Shown here: in pieces, positions 11,190 through 22,317 of the stretch | Layout: every line of letters starts with the position of its first letter | Numbering within the stretch: the first letter of the stretch is position 1 | Assembly: GCA_024704765.1 (NCBI GenBank) | Contig: JAKMXF010000052.1 | Coordinates: 1-30,937 of the forward strand | Direction: 5' to 3' | DNA length: 30,937 nt | Origin: Oopsacas minuta | Lineage: Eukaryota > Animalia > Porifera | Notes under the pieces: generated by a model | What the model was told of the DNA's origin: nothing | The model's input: only the letters and a program-made list of their open reading frames with translations | The model's database searches: none | Translations under genes and position numbers: made by a program

Positions 11190-12490
11190 GAGAGGAGATT
11201 TGACACATTGGTATGGAGAGAGAGAGGGAAAGAGAAAGCAAGGGACCATACGAAGGGAATGGAGATAGTGAAGTGCAAGAATGAGCATCTACATGCACCT
11301 GATGGGCTGGCTACGGCCTGCTGTGAGACAAAGGCCGACATCAAGAGGAAAGCACGGACACACAGGATAGCTCACACCACATAATCGGTGAGGGTATACT
11401 AACAGTATCAGAGGGTACTACTGCTAATCTAGCTAAGCTGGATAGCGTGAAACGGACGATACAGCGTCAGCGTGCAAGTGTATTATCAACTCCAATACAG
11501 CCTACCGCCCTAACAGAGTTGGTTCTACATGCAGAATACCAGTGGACAGCCAAGGGGAACAGTTCCTACTCTATGACTCTGGGGAAGACGATGCACCTAG
11601 ATTCCTCAGCTTCGGGATGCTACAGTAAGCAAGAACTGGCTAGCTGATGGCACCTTCAAGACGGCGCCCCCCTCTTCGCCCAGGTGTATGTGGTGCATGG
11701 AGTCCGCGGAGGAAACGATCCTATGAAGACTCGTCATCCGTTGCCGAGCCTGTTCGTGCTACTGCCCAACAAAACAGGGGATACCTACTGTAGGATGTGG
11801 GAGCAGATTTGCCTATTCTGTCCTCTTGCCCAGCCTGAACAGATGTTCTCGGACTTTGAGAAGGGCGCAATTAACAGCTTTGGGCATGTCTGGCCTAACA
11901 CAGTAGTGAAGTGCTGCTTCTTCTATCTCACACAGAATATCTGGCGCCATGTGCAGTCTGCCTACACACACGACGAAGAGCTGGCCATGCGCATCCGAAG
12001 ATACCAGCCCTTGCATTCGCACGGCCAGCAGACGTGCCCGATCTGTTTGCCAAGTGCCAATGGGCCTCCCTCTTACGCCTGAGATAGGCGAGCTAGTTGA
12101 CTACTTGAGAGGACGTATATCGGTCGTACGCTAGCCAGTGGATACCATATAGCGGCGAGGTTCCCCATTGACCTGTGAAACTGCCACTTCAGCACACCCT
12201 TCAGACTCACCCGTATAACCAATGTCGCAGAGATATGGTACCGCAGCTTCAATGCCACTGTCGACAGCCATCACCCCACTATATGGAAGTTCCTCCTAGC
12301 CCACAAGCCTGAGCAGGGCCTAGTGGAGGTGGGGCAGACGAACTACATTCCTGGGAAGCCGCCAACCAAGCGGAGGACGTCCCAATAGGTGAACAAGCGT
12401 TGAAGACTCTAGTTGGAGATTATTATTCACCAAATCGTACTAAAATGGAGTTCTTGCAGGCTGTAGCACATCATTTCAGTCTGGGAGCGG
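11190..12490 (+). pseudogene. FLYWCH-MULE (Mutator) transposase pseudogene
   Basis: KARDHT..IVKCKNEHLHAPD (FLYWCH remnant), EQFLLYDSG, WLADGTFKTAPPLFAQVYVVHG, FVLLPNKT..Y, MFSDFEKGAINSF..WP..KCCFFYLTQNIWRHVQ, TRITNVAEIWYRSFN..HPTIWKF. Many frameshifts. Confidence 0.9.
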
Positions 12491-12643
12491 ATTAACATGA
12501 TAATCGAAAGTATTATCCCAAAATCAAATGTATTTGAGGGATAAATACGGAAGATTAACATCCGTTTTCAGACTGAGATGGTGTCTACACTTGTATGAAA
12601 GTTCGTCATAGTATGGTCTGGTGGATATATTCTCCAAATGTCG

Positions 12644-12700
12644 TGTAGCGAAATATCGATGTAGCGAGAAACGACATTTCGCTACATATATTTCGCTACA
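12644..12700. repeat. Nested inverted repeat, probably the subterminal TIR region of the MULE
   Basis: Outer TGTAGCGAAATAT (12644-12656) pairs perfectly with ATATTTCGCTACA (12688-12700); inner ATGTAGCGA (12659-12667) pairs with TCGCTACAT (12679-12687). Confidence 0.75.
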
Positions 12701-12705
12701 GACAT

Positions 12706-12983
12706 GTTACTGGTATCCAATGCAACCTGGATCCAATGATAGCGGTATCCACTGTTACCGGTATCTACTACTCTTGTACCCACTGCTACCTTTATCCACT
12801 GCTACCGGTATCCACTGTTAGCGGTATGCACTGTTAGCGGTATGCACTACTACCGGTATCCACTGTTACAGATATCCACTGCTACTGTTATACACTCTGT
12901 ATCCACTACTAGCGGTATCCACTGTTACCTGTATCCACTGCGACCGGTATCCACTGTCAACGGTATCCACTTCTACCGGTATA
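12706..12983. repeat. 16-bp minisatellite, about 17 units, consensus TATCCACTGTTACCGG
   Basis: Directly readable tandem units with point variants and two shortened units. Confidence 0.92.
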
Positions 12984-13438
12984 CAAAGTTTTGCAGAAAT
13001 TGGTCGCCCTATAAAACTGGTCCGGGGGACCAGTTTCTGCAAATTTCAATTTTTAAGTAAAATTTGGTCCCCAATGCAGAAATTGGTCCCCCTGTTTAAC
13101 TACTGATTGTGGTTAAATTTCAATTAACATCGCACTTTTATAGATTCCTCAACAATTCTTCATGTAATCAGCGACCTTTATATGACTTCAAAACTATTAC
13201 GAGGGGGACCAGTTTCTGCAAATCCTATTTCCTTGCATAATTTGGCTGCTCCTTAGTTAATTGCATTACATGAATAATCGTTGGCTACACATCACTCTTA
13301 ATGATTCTTCCCAACAATTAATAATTGATTATTACTCTTAGCCCTTAGATATCATATGGTTGTTCTGGAACTGTAATGTCAATTCTACTAAGCTAAATGT
13401 ATGCATAGACTGGATACATATAATTAGTAGGTTCATGA

Positions 13439-14260
13439 TCACTTCGTATCTGTGACATCGGTCAATTTGTAGAAGACACAGTTGATTTGTCCCAACTTTA
13501 TCGACCTGTCCCCTTCCTTTTGTGTGAGCTTTGGATTTTCTAATCCATCATATATATACCAGCAGCTCTGTATCTTTGTCCTCATGAAGAAATGTAAGCC
13601 AGCATGGATAGTATAACCGAATAGACCTTACTGCAGTATCGTATTCATGTGATTGACGCTTAGATTATCTTCAATTTGATGGTGACGGATGATATTCTCT
13701 GATTGAATATGACCAAGTTCGAGGATCATAATTGGTGGAATTTTTAGAAATTGTGCAGAAAATTTCTCAATATTAGCATGTGTATCCCTGCACGTGAGGC
13801 ACTTGTAATTTTGATTAATCTTATGGTCAATTGTGGTCTGACAATTTTGCTGAAACTTATATATAGAGGACAGGTCAAGACGTTTTTCAGATATGCAACA
13901 ACAGCTCCAACACTGGAATTCAACCACATATAGATTAGGAGACAAATGAATATTATCCAATAATCCAACCACATTTCCTTCGCATCCGATAAAGTCGTAT
14001 TGGGAATTGATAAGTTGTAAACCAAGCTTGGTAGCGAACCAGTATTTTAGCTGGTTGAAGTTTTTTGTATTCACCATCTGAAAAACCATTTCAATGTTAG
14101 GTGGGATCGTAGAAGTTAACTTGACTGATGCCAGGAGGGTTTTGAAATGCAGGCTGAACAATGTGATAAAATTATCAACTGGACAAGTGTTCACAAATCT
14201 AATTCCTTTGAATTCCCTCCCCGAGCAGCACAACACTCTTCCAGGGATTCTGAAGTGCAA
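13439..14260 (-). pseudogene. USP (peptidase C19)-fold cysteine protease domain with a single nonsense lesion
   Basis: Cys box GIRFVNTCPVDN (Cys codon 14183-14185), QYDFIGCE..LLD, two CxxC pairs (CWSC, CLTC), KIPPIMILEL, then *GLFGYTIHAGLHF (His 13592-13594), WYIYDG (Asp 13547-13549) and NCVFY. The TAA at 13628 occupies the expected Tyr position and the frame stays open to 13439. Confidence 0.78.
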
Positions 14261-14873
14261 TCAATTCCTTGAAGGTTTGTATCTAGGGTTTCATATTAAC
14301 AAGATTTAGTCAAAGTTGTTGGATTACAGGTAACAGGATTTTAGTAGTGTAATCGGTACTTTTTCTCTCCCAGTATGATGAAAAATCGAACTCTTCTCAA
14401 GTATATTGGTAAAAGGGTATCTTTATATCATGACTTTCCAAGTACCACTTGTTTAAAATCTCAGAAACTTCTAAATTAATGTCATAATCCGTGATAGCAG
14501 TTTCTCCTTCGTAGGTAGAAGAATAGTGTCGCACTCTCCAATCGAATAATTCATTGTAGGGCATATGACACCTCTTGAGGAGATCATTATGGAGTGGGGA
14601 GAGTGGAGTATTTTTTTGAATTGATTTAATTACGTCTTCCTTCATCAACAAGAGTCGATGAATTACCTCTTGTCGCTGTGTGTTATTCTTTTGTTCCTGT
14701 GATGTAGGTCCAACTATTTCTGATACTTCAGACGTTATGGATGTGGGCGAGTCATCCTTCTTGAACGATAAGACGCGATTTTCCCCGTGAAAAGGCTATG
14801 AAAACGAACCCCTACACAATAGTATTAATCCCCATGAAGAGGTCTCAAATCGGAATCGAAAGAAGTGTGCCTA

Positions 14874-15390
14874 ATCTGCTTTTTCTTTGTAAATTTGCAC
14901 TGTACTTCTAGAAACTTCCTTGATTGGATATGGACCAATCCATTTATCCTGTAACTCTCCTTCTTTGCTTTTCTTTCTGCACATGTTCTCTATGAGTATA
15001 TCATCATCGATTGCAAATTGTGTAGTGATCGGATTAACCTTTTTGTCGTATTGTCTTTTCATTCATTTCTTCGAATTTATAAGGTTTTCACCAGCATGAG
15101 AGAATGATTCTTGTTGATCCCTTTTCATGGCTTGTTCTAGATCATCAAGATCGTTATTGTCGTCATTTTTATCTGATGTATTCCCAAAATTGACATCAGG
15201 ATAAAGAAAAGATAGACTTTCAGGTTCGATTGGGAGGCGTGGTTTCCGGTAGCTATGCACTAATTCAAAAGCTGAGTATTGGGTTGTTTCCTGCGGACGA
15301 ATATTTGTGGAATATGTGACTTGTTCCAAATAATATGACCAATCTTCCCGCTTATCAGTTATTGATCTTATTAAAGAACCTTTCATAGCA
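14874..15390 (-). pseudogene. Gypsy-like integrase C-terminus plus GPY/F module
   Basis: KGSL..EDWSYYLEQVTYSTNIRPQETTQYSAFEL..RKPRLP and MKRQYDKKV..F..DDILIENMCRKKSKEGELQDKWIGPYPI.EV. ORFs 15063..15479, 14871..15062 and 14397..14651 share one frame. Confidence 0.88.
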
Positions 15391-16329
15391 TATTTTGATG
15401 AAGTACAGAAAGTCTTATCAAAAGCTACTTTATAGGTCACGAAACTGTCTCGAGTTACAACAGAAGGAGCGCCGTCCATGCTTGGAATAGGAAGTGGTCT
15501 TAAGGGACAGTTGTTGCGGTATTTAGCTGCTAATGGCCGTGAGGGAGTGATATGGTACCACTGTATTATTCATCAGGAAGTTTTATGCGCAAAAACACTT
15601 GTATTAATAACGTTAAGAAACTTATTCTTGATGCTGTGAATTTTATCAGAGCCAAGGGAATCAACCATAGAAAATCCAAACATATTTTAAAAGAGCTAGA
15701 TTCAGAGTACAGTGATGTACTCTATTTTACAGCTGTTCGGTGGCTTAGTAGAAGAGCAGTTCTTAAGGGGGTGTGAATGTCATGCGACAAGAAATCGCAC
15801 TTTATGGATGAAAAGGGGAATAAGGTTCATGAATTTCAAAATCCCGGTTGGCTCATGGATGTAGCATTTTGGTGGATATCTTAACTCATCTAAACAGTTT
15901 AAATTCTGCTCTTCAAGGTAAATGAAGCTTAATCATGAGCTTTTCGGCACCATATGTGCTTCTGAGGCGATGCCTAGTCTATTTGAGACGCAGCTCTCAA
16001 AAAACAACTTCTCATACTTTTCGGAGCTTCGATCTATGGAAATTCCTGACGGAAAAGATATGCAAGGATAGTTTCACACCTGATAGAAGAATTCAAAACT
16101 CGATTTGCTGATTTTAGAAGGGAGAGACAGAAAATTATGCCCTTCACTCAGCCTTCTGTCTTGATGTCCAGTGTGCTTCTGATGAAATTCAGCTGGAGCT
16201 TCTTGATCTACAAGCCAATATTAATTTGAAAGGAAAAGTTTAGGGAGGTAAAATTAGATGAGATATCCGAGAATCTCAGTATTTTAAATTTCTACAAAGT
16301 CCTACCAACTGATACATATCCATTTATCC
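15390..16329 (+). pseudogene. hAT (Buster/SPIN, GTF2IRD2-like) transposase internal fragment
   Basis: [88 protein letters not shown]. No TIR; ends at the contig junction N16330. Confidence 0.88.
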
Positions 16330-16584
16330 NGTATAAAGGAGACTACTTTGAACATTCATAGCAAAAATTACCAACTTTACACAAGTATCTATAGTTTTAG
16401 ATGGTATGATTAGTATTTATTCAATGCCCCTGTATGTGGTTCTGCTGTTCATATGTAATCATGCGAAATATGTTCTGAATCCTTTACTTGTGTCTTTTAG
16501 GTCATTGATTGTATTCTTTGATATTTTTAAAGGATTTTTCGTTCCTCTTTCAATGTACGCAAGTCTAGATTTCTCAGTTCGTAC

Positions 16585-17700
16585 TTAGTATCAATTCGTG
16601 TGTTTCATTTCCAGATTGTCAAGCTATTTTGGAAACATTTCTAACAATTCAGCAGAATCTTGTTTGAATTCCTATTCAGAATTTTTCTTCAGATTTGATA
16701 TCTGCTTATATTAAGCTTATCAATGATAGTTTGTGTTATGTCGGACTTGTTTACGTTTCGGACGATGGGATGTTGTTAAGAAATATCGTCAAAGCAAGTC
16801 ACCTCATATTTATGGACGTCAGCGTGAAGTTGACAATATTCTTCAGCAATTGTTACACCCAATTAAATGTAGAATTACTATTCTTCGGAGAGGTTTGGGG
16901 CAGATAAATTCTAACATAGAGTTTGTCAACTAAAATGAGAAACTTCATTCTGTTGCTATTAAGTCTTTTCCTGATTTTATTTCAATTTCTGCTTTCGTCC
17001 AGAATGATATTCATTTAGCTCAAGTTACTATATCTGATTTTGGGCGTGAATATGATTTCCTCACGATATTTAGACTATGCTGTAGGCCACCAGGTCAATA
17101 TCAATCTTCCTTTGGGTTGGAGCTCAGAGGCGCTATTAAGTGGAGTTCAACGCTGTACGACAGAATGGAACACGATAAGCAGGCCTTTTCTTTCAACGAA
17201 GAATAACGTCCTTAATATCGAGAAAATACAGAACAAACACATTTGATTTAAATTTCTGCAGACGAGGGATAGATTTCATGCTCTACAGCAAGATGCTAAT
17301 GAAGTCTCCGTGTACCTAGAACAAGTGACACACAACCATCATCAATATATACAGGCACTGAAGGTTTCGATTTTCGATTTGCCAGGGAAGGGTATTGGGG
17401 GCGGGGTAATTATTTTGCTGAGAGTATTTTATTAGCTGATCAATTTTCTTATCAAATTCCCAGATCAAACTTCAGTCAAATTCTCCTATTTAAGGCGATA
17501 ATAGGGAAAATGGTAGAATTACCTATTGATGATACTTTGATGATGCCTCCACTGTGCATTCTCAGTATGCTCAATTCGAGAATGAAAGATTCACAACTGT
17601 AACAGCGATGCATCCTTTTGGTTATGGCAGATTATATGCCCTCTATACAAACCAGGGAATTTACCCTCAGTATGTTATTACTTACCCTGGTTCGCTGTGA
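16585..17700 (+). pseudogene. PARP-family ADP-ribosyltransferase (PARP12/14/15-like mono-ART) pseudogene
   Basis: LPLGWS..EWNTISRPF..IEKIQNKHI*FKF, then EGFDFRFAREGYWGRGNYFAE..YQ..QILLFKAIIG..MMPP, then RFTTV..GRLYALYTNQGIYPQYVITYP*, in three successive frames. The HGT motif is degraded to LRVPR at about 17306-17320. Confidence 0.82.
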
Positions 17701-17916
17701 CATTTTGTTCTATTTGTTTGGAGTATTTACGTTTATTTTCTTCCAATTCTTTCTCGTTCTATTTTCTTTCTTTGGATTCGATATTGCTCGCAGTATTCCG
17801 CATTTTGTATTCTTGTGCATTTATTTCCCCTTCTAGTGTATTTACTATGAATCTAATGCTGAAAGGTACATAAAGTCAAAAACTATTTACTTGGAATAAT
17901 AACTAATGTATTGAAA

Positions 17917-19391
17917 TCAGTGTGAAGTTTGAAAGATTATTTAATCATTCATAATATCATCAAAGTCAACTTGCATTGATGTATTAGCCACCCTCAAAAT
18001 GTTTTCCAAATGTTCTTGATTGAATCTTTTTTGGCGTTTATTTTTAATATAATTGAGATTTGAAAATAGTGATTCACATATGTATGTGGATTCAAACATT
18101 GTCAACAACCTATTACCTAAATCGAATAGTGCAGGGCATTTCTGATAAGTACATTATGAGTCGATACATCGGAATAATTTGCATCCAGATGCCCAGGAAT
18201 GAAATCAATCTTATGTGTCTAACTGGAGATTTTGATTTGAGGAAATTTGTAACTTCATAGTTTCATTCATAAGGTCTTTAAACTCTTTATTTAGTTTAGT
18301 AGTAAGCAGTAAGGACGTTCTGGTGGATTACACAATGAAAAGATATTATACTAGAGTTAAGTGACTTTAATTTGCTTGTTAATCCTTGCGCACATCCTAC
18401 CATTGCTGGAGCTCCATCCGTTGCAATTGAGACAATCTTATCTATACCTAGCTTTTGATATTATAGAAAAGTGACCAAGGCATTAAAGATATCATTGCCT
18501 GTAGTGTGACCAGTTAAACCAATCACAGTGAGTAATTCTTCCTAGAACTGATCCTCAATAAAAACCTCACAAAAACAGCTAACTGAGCAACATCTCTAAT
18601 ATCAGTAGATTCATCGATTGCAAGTGAAAAGAAAAGTTTTAATAGGCTTAGTCTTCAGATTATTAAAGAGAAATTCTGAAATTTCATCAACGCTCCCTGT
18701 GCAGGTATTTCGTGAAAGGGGGCAAATGTCCCATAGCTTCCGTAATTTCACATTTGTCCGGTAAAGAACTTTAGTCAATTACAACATGCATTCTTTTACT
18801 ACAGGGGCAATAAAATATGGTAACATAGATTTCCCACATATATAAGCAACAACAAGCGAAGCTTTAGTAATTTTCTGCTGGTGTGAAGTAAAGTTAGCTA
18901 ATATAGATACTTGATTGTGAAGAGAATGTTTCAAGCCATTAATTTTGTCCTTTCTCTGAACTGATCCAAGAGGAAAAGTTGAGTTAAATCTTGGATGTTT
19001 CGTTTCAAAATGCCTTTCTATATTAGTACTTTTTATCAGAGCACAACATTTTGGCTTTCCAGAAAACTCATCTAACACAAATGAGAATAGAGTTGTTCAT
19101 TCAATTAGAATTCCCTGTTTGTGCACTATCAATTTTCCTCTTCTTCACTTGCGGAAACACTATTCAGAAAATGATCTGAAGTATGTCTAGGCTAATTCTC
19201 TAATTGAAATGAAATAGTATATAAAATAAGGTTGGCAAAAACTAGCTCGAAGAGTAAATAAAGGAATTATATTTGGTAGATAGTTAGAATTTGGAAAGGA
19301 GTTTGGATGAATCCAATCCGAAGCTTGCAGTCTGGACTAGATTGAAGAAATGTCCGGATCCGGACCGCTGTCCGCCAGTTGAGCATTACTG
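17917..19391 (-). mobile_element. Internally deleted hAT (Buster/Charlie, GTF2IRD2/ZBED8-like) element with its 5' TIR
   Basis: 5' end CAGTAATGCTCAACTGGCGGACAGCGGTCCGGATCCGG at 19391. Motifs NIERHFETKH, VVKECML, FSLAIDESTDIRDVAQL, DGAPAMVG, FHCVIHQ, then a jump to MFESTYICESLFS..KNKR..EHLENILR..FQTSH*. No 3' TIR found. Confidence 0.87.
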
Positions 19392-19789
19392 ATGTAGTAT
19401 AATACAACCTCTATTATCTATCCTTTTATCACCCCTACCTTTCGATTTTTTGTGGTTACTCCCCATTCTTCATCTTCTAATATTAGAACTGAGCAGATAT
19501 GATTAGTTTTGTTAGGTCCCAAATAGTATTGACGATCAAGGTTGTATACTGAATTGAATTCGTATTATTCTAAGCACATATATAATCATCCAAAGCTTTC
19601 TTCTGGTCTGTTTCTGTATTATTATTTAACAAAGAGTGATTAACATATTTTTGGTTTGGGAGTTTCCTTTATTGGTATCTTATTTAATCAGTTACTAATT
19701 CGTCTTAGAATTGACTTAGGGGGATTATAAGTTCTTCATAATATTGTGAAATTTAACACTTATGTAGAATGTGACGATAACATGATGTA

Positions 19790-20100
19790 TGCTAATTGCT
19801 TGAATATGAGTTTAAATAGGGCTGCTTTGTAGGAGTCTAATAAGTCAGAGAATTCTTCAAACAATAGCGCTACGATTAGTTTTTGGCAGAAGGAGTAGGG
19901 TGGTAGATGATAACCAATTTAATCGTTTGTTCGCCTGTCCTGATAGTTAAATCCAAGTGTTCGAATAATGAGAACTTCACTATATTGTCTGTGTTGGCAT
20001 CAAACCTTTACTTAACGGAATCGCAATTCCAACCCCTCGAGACGCGCGTGGTAGATTGAAGTTTTGAGCGTCTAAAATTAAAAAATTATGATTGTCGCCA
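19790..20100 (-). pseudogene. LINE (CR1/L2-like) AP-endonuclease fragment
   Basis: LPRASRGVGIAI, FSLFEHLDLTIRTGEQTIKLVIIYHPTPS and LFEEFSDLLDS across frameshifts. Confidence 0.6.
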
Positions 20101-20598
20101 GGATGGAGTGGCTAATCATTCGCCCGGGAAGGATACTTTAACCCGCCCACTTAAAAAATAGATTATTGTTTATCTATGATTGTTTTCCAGAACTAAAACT
20201 TCAAAAGCTTTGATAATTCTTGATGTAGTATTAATCCAAGAATTGGACAGTGAACAGCGTAATAATGGTACAACCTCCCCAACCAGATAAGTGGAAATGC
20301 CTGTAGCCCAGAGATCTGAATTGCACTTGGAGCTGGCGCGATCCCACCGCAATGAAGACCGACCTGAGCTGTTTCCAAGTTAGGGTACATCTAATATGAT
20401 AGAACGCCCAACATATAATGCACATTGGGGATGCAATCCTTAGCTTGCGGAAGGTGTATGATATATAAGTGAATGGTGAAGTGGTATCAGAATATGACGA
20501 GGAAGATCCTCTGACTTAATTTGCTCTCCTGGGTGGTGGTGAATCTTAATAAGTAATGTACATCTCATTAATTTCAATAGTCAATTCATTTAGAATAA

Positions 20599-20748
20599 GA
20601 GGCCGTTCAAACGTTACGTAACGCTTCCAAGGGGTAAGGAGTAGTAAAGTGTGACAGTCCTATCCTTTTTGTATTACGAATAGGGTGACATAGGAGGGGG
20701 GTGTCCAAAATTTAGGAATTTGTTGTTAAGTAACGTTTGAACGACTCC
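20599..20748. mobile_element. PIF/Harbinger (Tourist-like) MITE, 150 bp
   Basis: TAA on both flanks (20596-20598, 20749-20751). 24-bp TIRs GAGGCCGTTCAAACGTTACGTAAC and GGAGTCGTTCAAACGTTACTTAAC (20/24). Confidence 0.85.
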
Positions 20749-21031
20749 TAACGATTAGCCTCCGGTTGACAAGTATTCTTTTTGTATATACAGGTATTTC
20801 ACTGAATACTCTATCACCCACACTAAGTCAACTTTGTGCCCATTGTTTTTATGTCAATACGACACCGAATCGAATACCTATGATATTCGTATACTAGACT
20901 AACGGGGTGTGTTCTAATTAATTTACCAACATCAGTAACCAGTCCCTAAAATGATGCAAACATCAGGTGTCAGAAGATTTCAAAAATTAAAGTTATTTTT
21001 GGGCTGCTTTTTAGCCAAGTGTGTTGTCATA

Positions 21032-22317
21032 CAGTCTGTCAAGATGAAATTGAGACTTTCGTGTAATTATGTATATTTTAGAATTTCTTCATTTGCTATG
21101 GTTAGATATGAAACGCATTTGTTTTCTGATTTATTTATACATGTGTATTAAGTTACCATTAGTTAATTGATTCTAGAATACACGAATAACCTATCTTAGA
21201 ATACACATTCCCGAAAATATCTGCTATATTCCTATAGACCGTTTCAATATCAGTCTTTGGCTAATATTTGTCTTTTGTGTCGAAATACAAAATCAGTATA
21301 GTGGAGTTAGAACGAAGAGACCTCATCCGCAAATTATTCGATGCGGGGGTTACAAGTGGTAGCGAAATACATCAGCGAACAGCTATCCCGAGGAGCACTG
21401 TTTTCCGCATATTAGCCAAATTTCGTCAGGCGGTGATATACAGAGGAAATCTGGAACCAGAAAACAGAGAATATTGCTAGATCTCTTGTAAGCTTGGCAA
21501 ATCAGAATCGCAAGATGTCCATCCGAAAATTGGCCAGTTGATTCAATCATCTTCGCCAGAAAGGTTTATCCCATGAGACGGTCAGGAAGGAATTATAGAG
21601 GAGAGGGTACGCCCACAAGGTTGCAAGGAATATTCCTATACTAACGGATCAACACAAATAACATAGAGTATTGTGGGCTAAGAATAACAAACAAACTGAC
21701 TGGGAGCGAGTTGTTTTAAGCGATGAGATGTCAATTTGGCTAGCTGGTGTCAGAATAAGGCTGTGGGGCATAGGAGACCAACTAGCGGTCAAGCAAAGCA
21801 ACAACCATAGTCCAAAATTACATGTTTGTGGAGCAATTTCTGCTCATCGGACCTTTCCGTTAAAGGTTTTTAGGCAGAACCTCACAGGAGAATTATATAC
21901 GAACATCCTAAACGAGTGTCTGATTTTACAAGCTCAGGTATTGTACCCTGACTGCTGGGTCTTTCAGGAAGACAACGATTCAAAGCACACGTCAAAGGTT
22001 GCTAAGACTTTCCGTGAAAGTCATGATATACTTCGTATGGAATAGTCTGCTTGTAGCCCAGATCTAGACCCGATCGAAAATTTGTGGGCTTGGATCAAAC
22101 ATCAGATTGATTTGAACCCTCCTCGTCATCTTAGTGGACTTGAAGAAACCCTTCTCTCTATTTAGAATTCTATAGAACCTGAATTTTTGTAACCTCATTG
22201 GCAATCTATGCCAAAACGTCAGATGTTAGTGATCCAGAGTAATGGCTTTAAGATCAAATATTAGTGTATAGACACGTTTTAATAAATCAACTCGTATTTC
22301 GAGGCTTGTGATGATCA
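21032..22317 (+). mobile_element. Tc1-family transposon, left TIR to the Chapaev3 insertion point
   Basis: TA then CAGTCTGTCAAGATGAAATTGAGACT. The matching right TIR is absent here but present at 8480-8505. Confidence 0.9.
21268..22264 (+). pseudogene. Tc1 DD34E transposase pseudogene
   Basis: IPRSTVFRIL HTH, WERVVLSDE, PKLHVCGAIS, FQEDNDSKHTS..E*SACSPDLDPIENLW (exactly 34 residues between D and E), ending NGFKIKY*. Confidence 0.92.

Larger units (their letters stand above)
12980..15390 (-). mobile_element. 3' half of a Ginger1/GIN-like integrase DNA transposon carrying a USP-like protease
   Basis: Integrase C-terminus and GPY/F module in a minus frame, continued by a protease domain. GCAGAAATTGGTC and GACCAGTTTCTGC motifs occur in both orientations at 12989-13225 as subterminal repeats. 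No RT, RNase H or LTR is present. The 5' half is replaced by a hAT fragment at about 15390. Confidence 0.7.

Noticed and set aside
15391-15479. N-terminus of ORF 15063..15479 (MDGAPSVVTRD..) as part of the integrase
   Set aside because: It is the antisense reading of the adjacent hAT fragment. Integrase similarity starts only at about KGSL.
16331-16345. GTATAAAGGAGAC after N16330 as a second adapter remnant
   Set aside because: Only the first 6 nt match the mosaic end exactly; compatible with chance.
20228-20520. VQPPQPDKWKCL*PRDLNCTWSWRDP..FQVRV resembling an FN3/cytokine-receptor domain
   Set aside because: Four in-frame stops and only loose motif similarity; at most a decayed exon.
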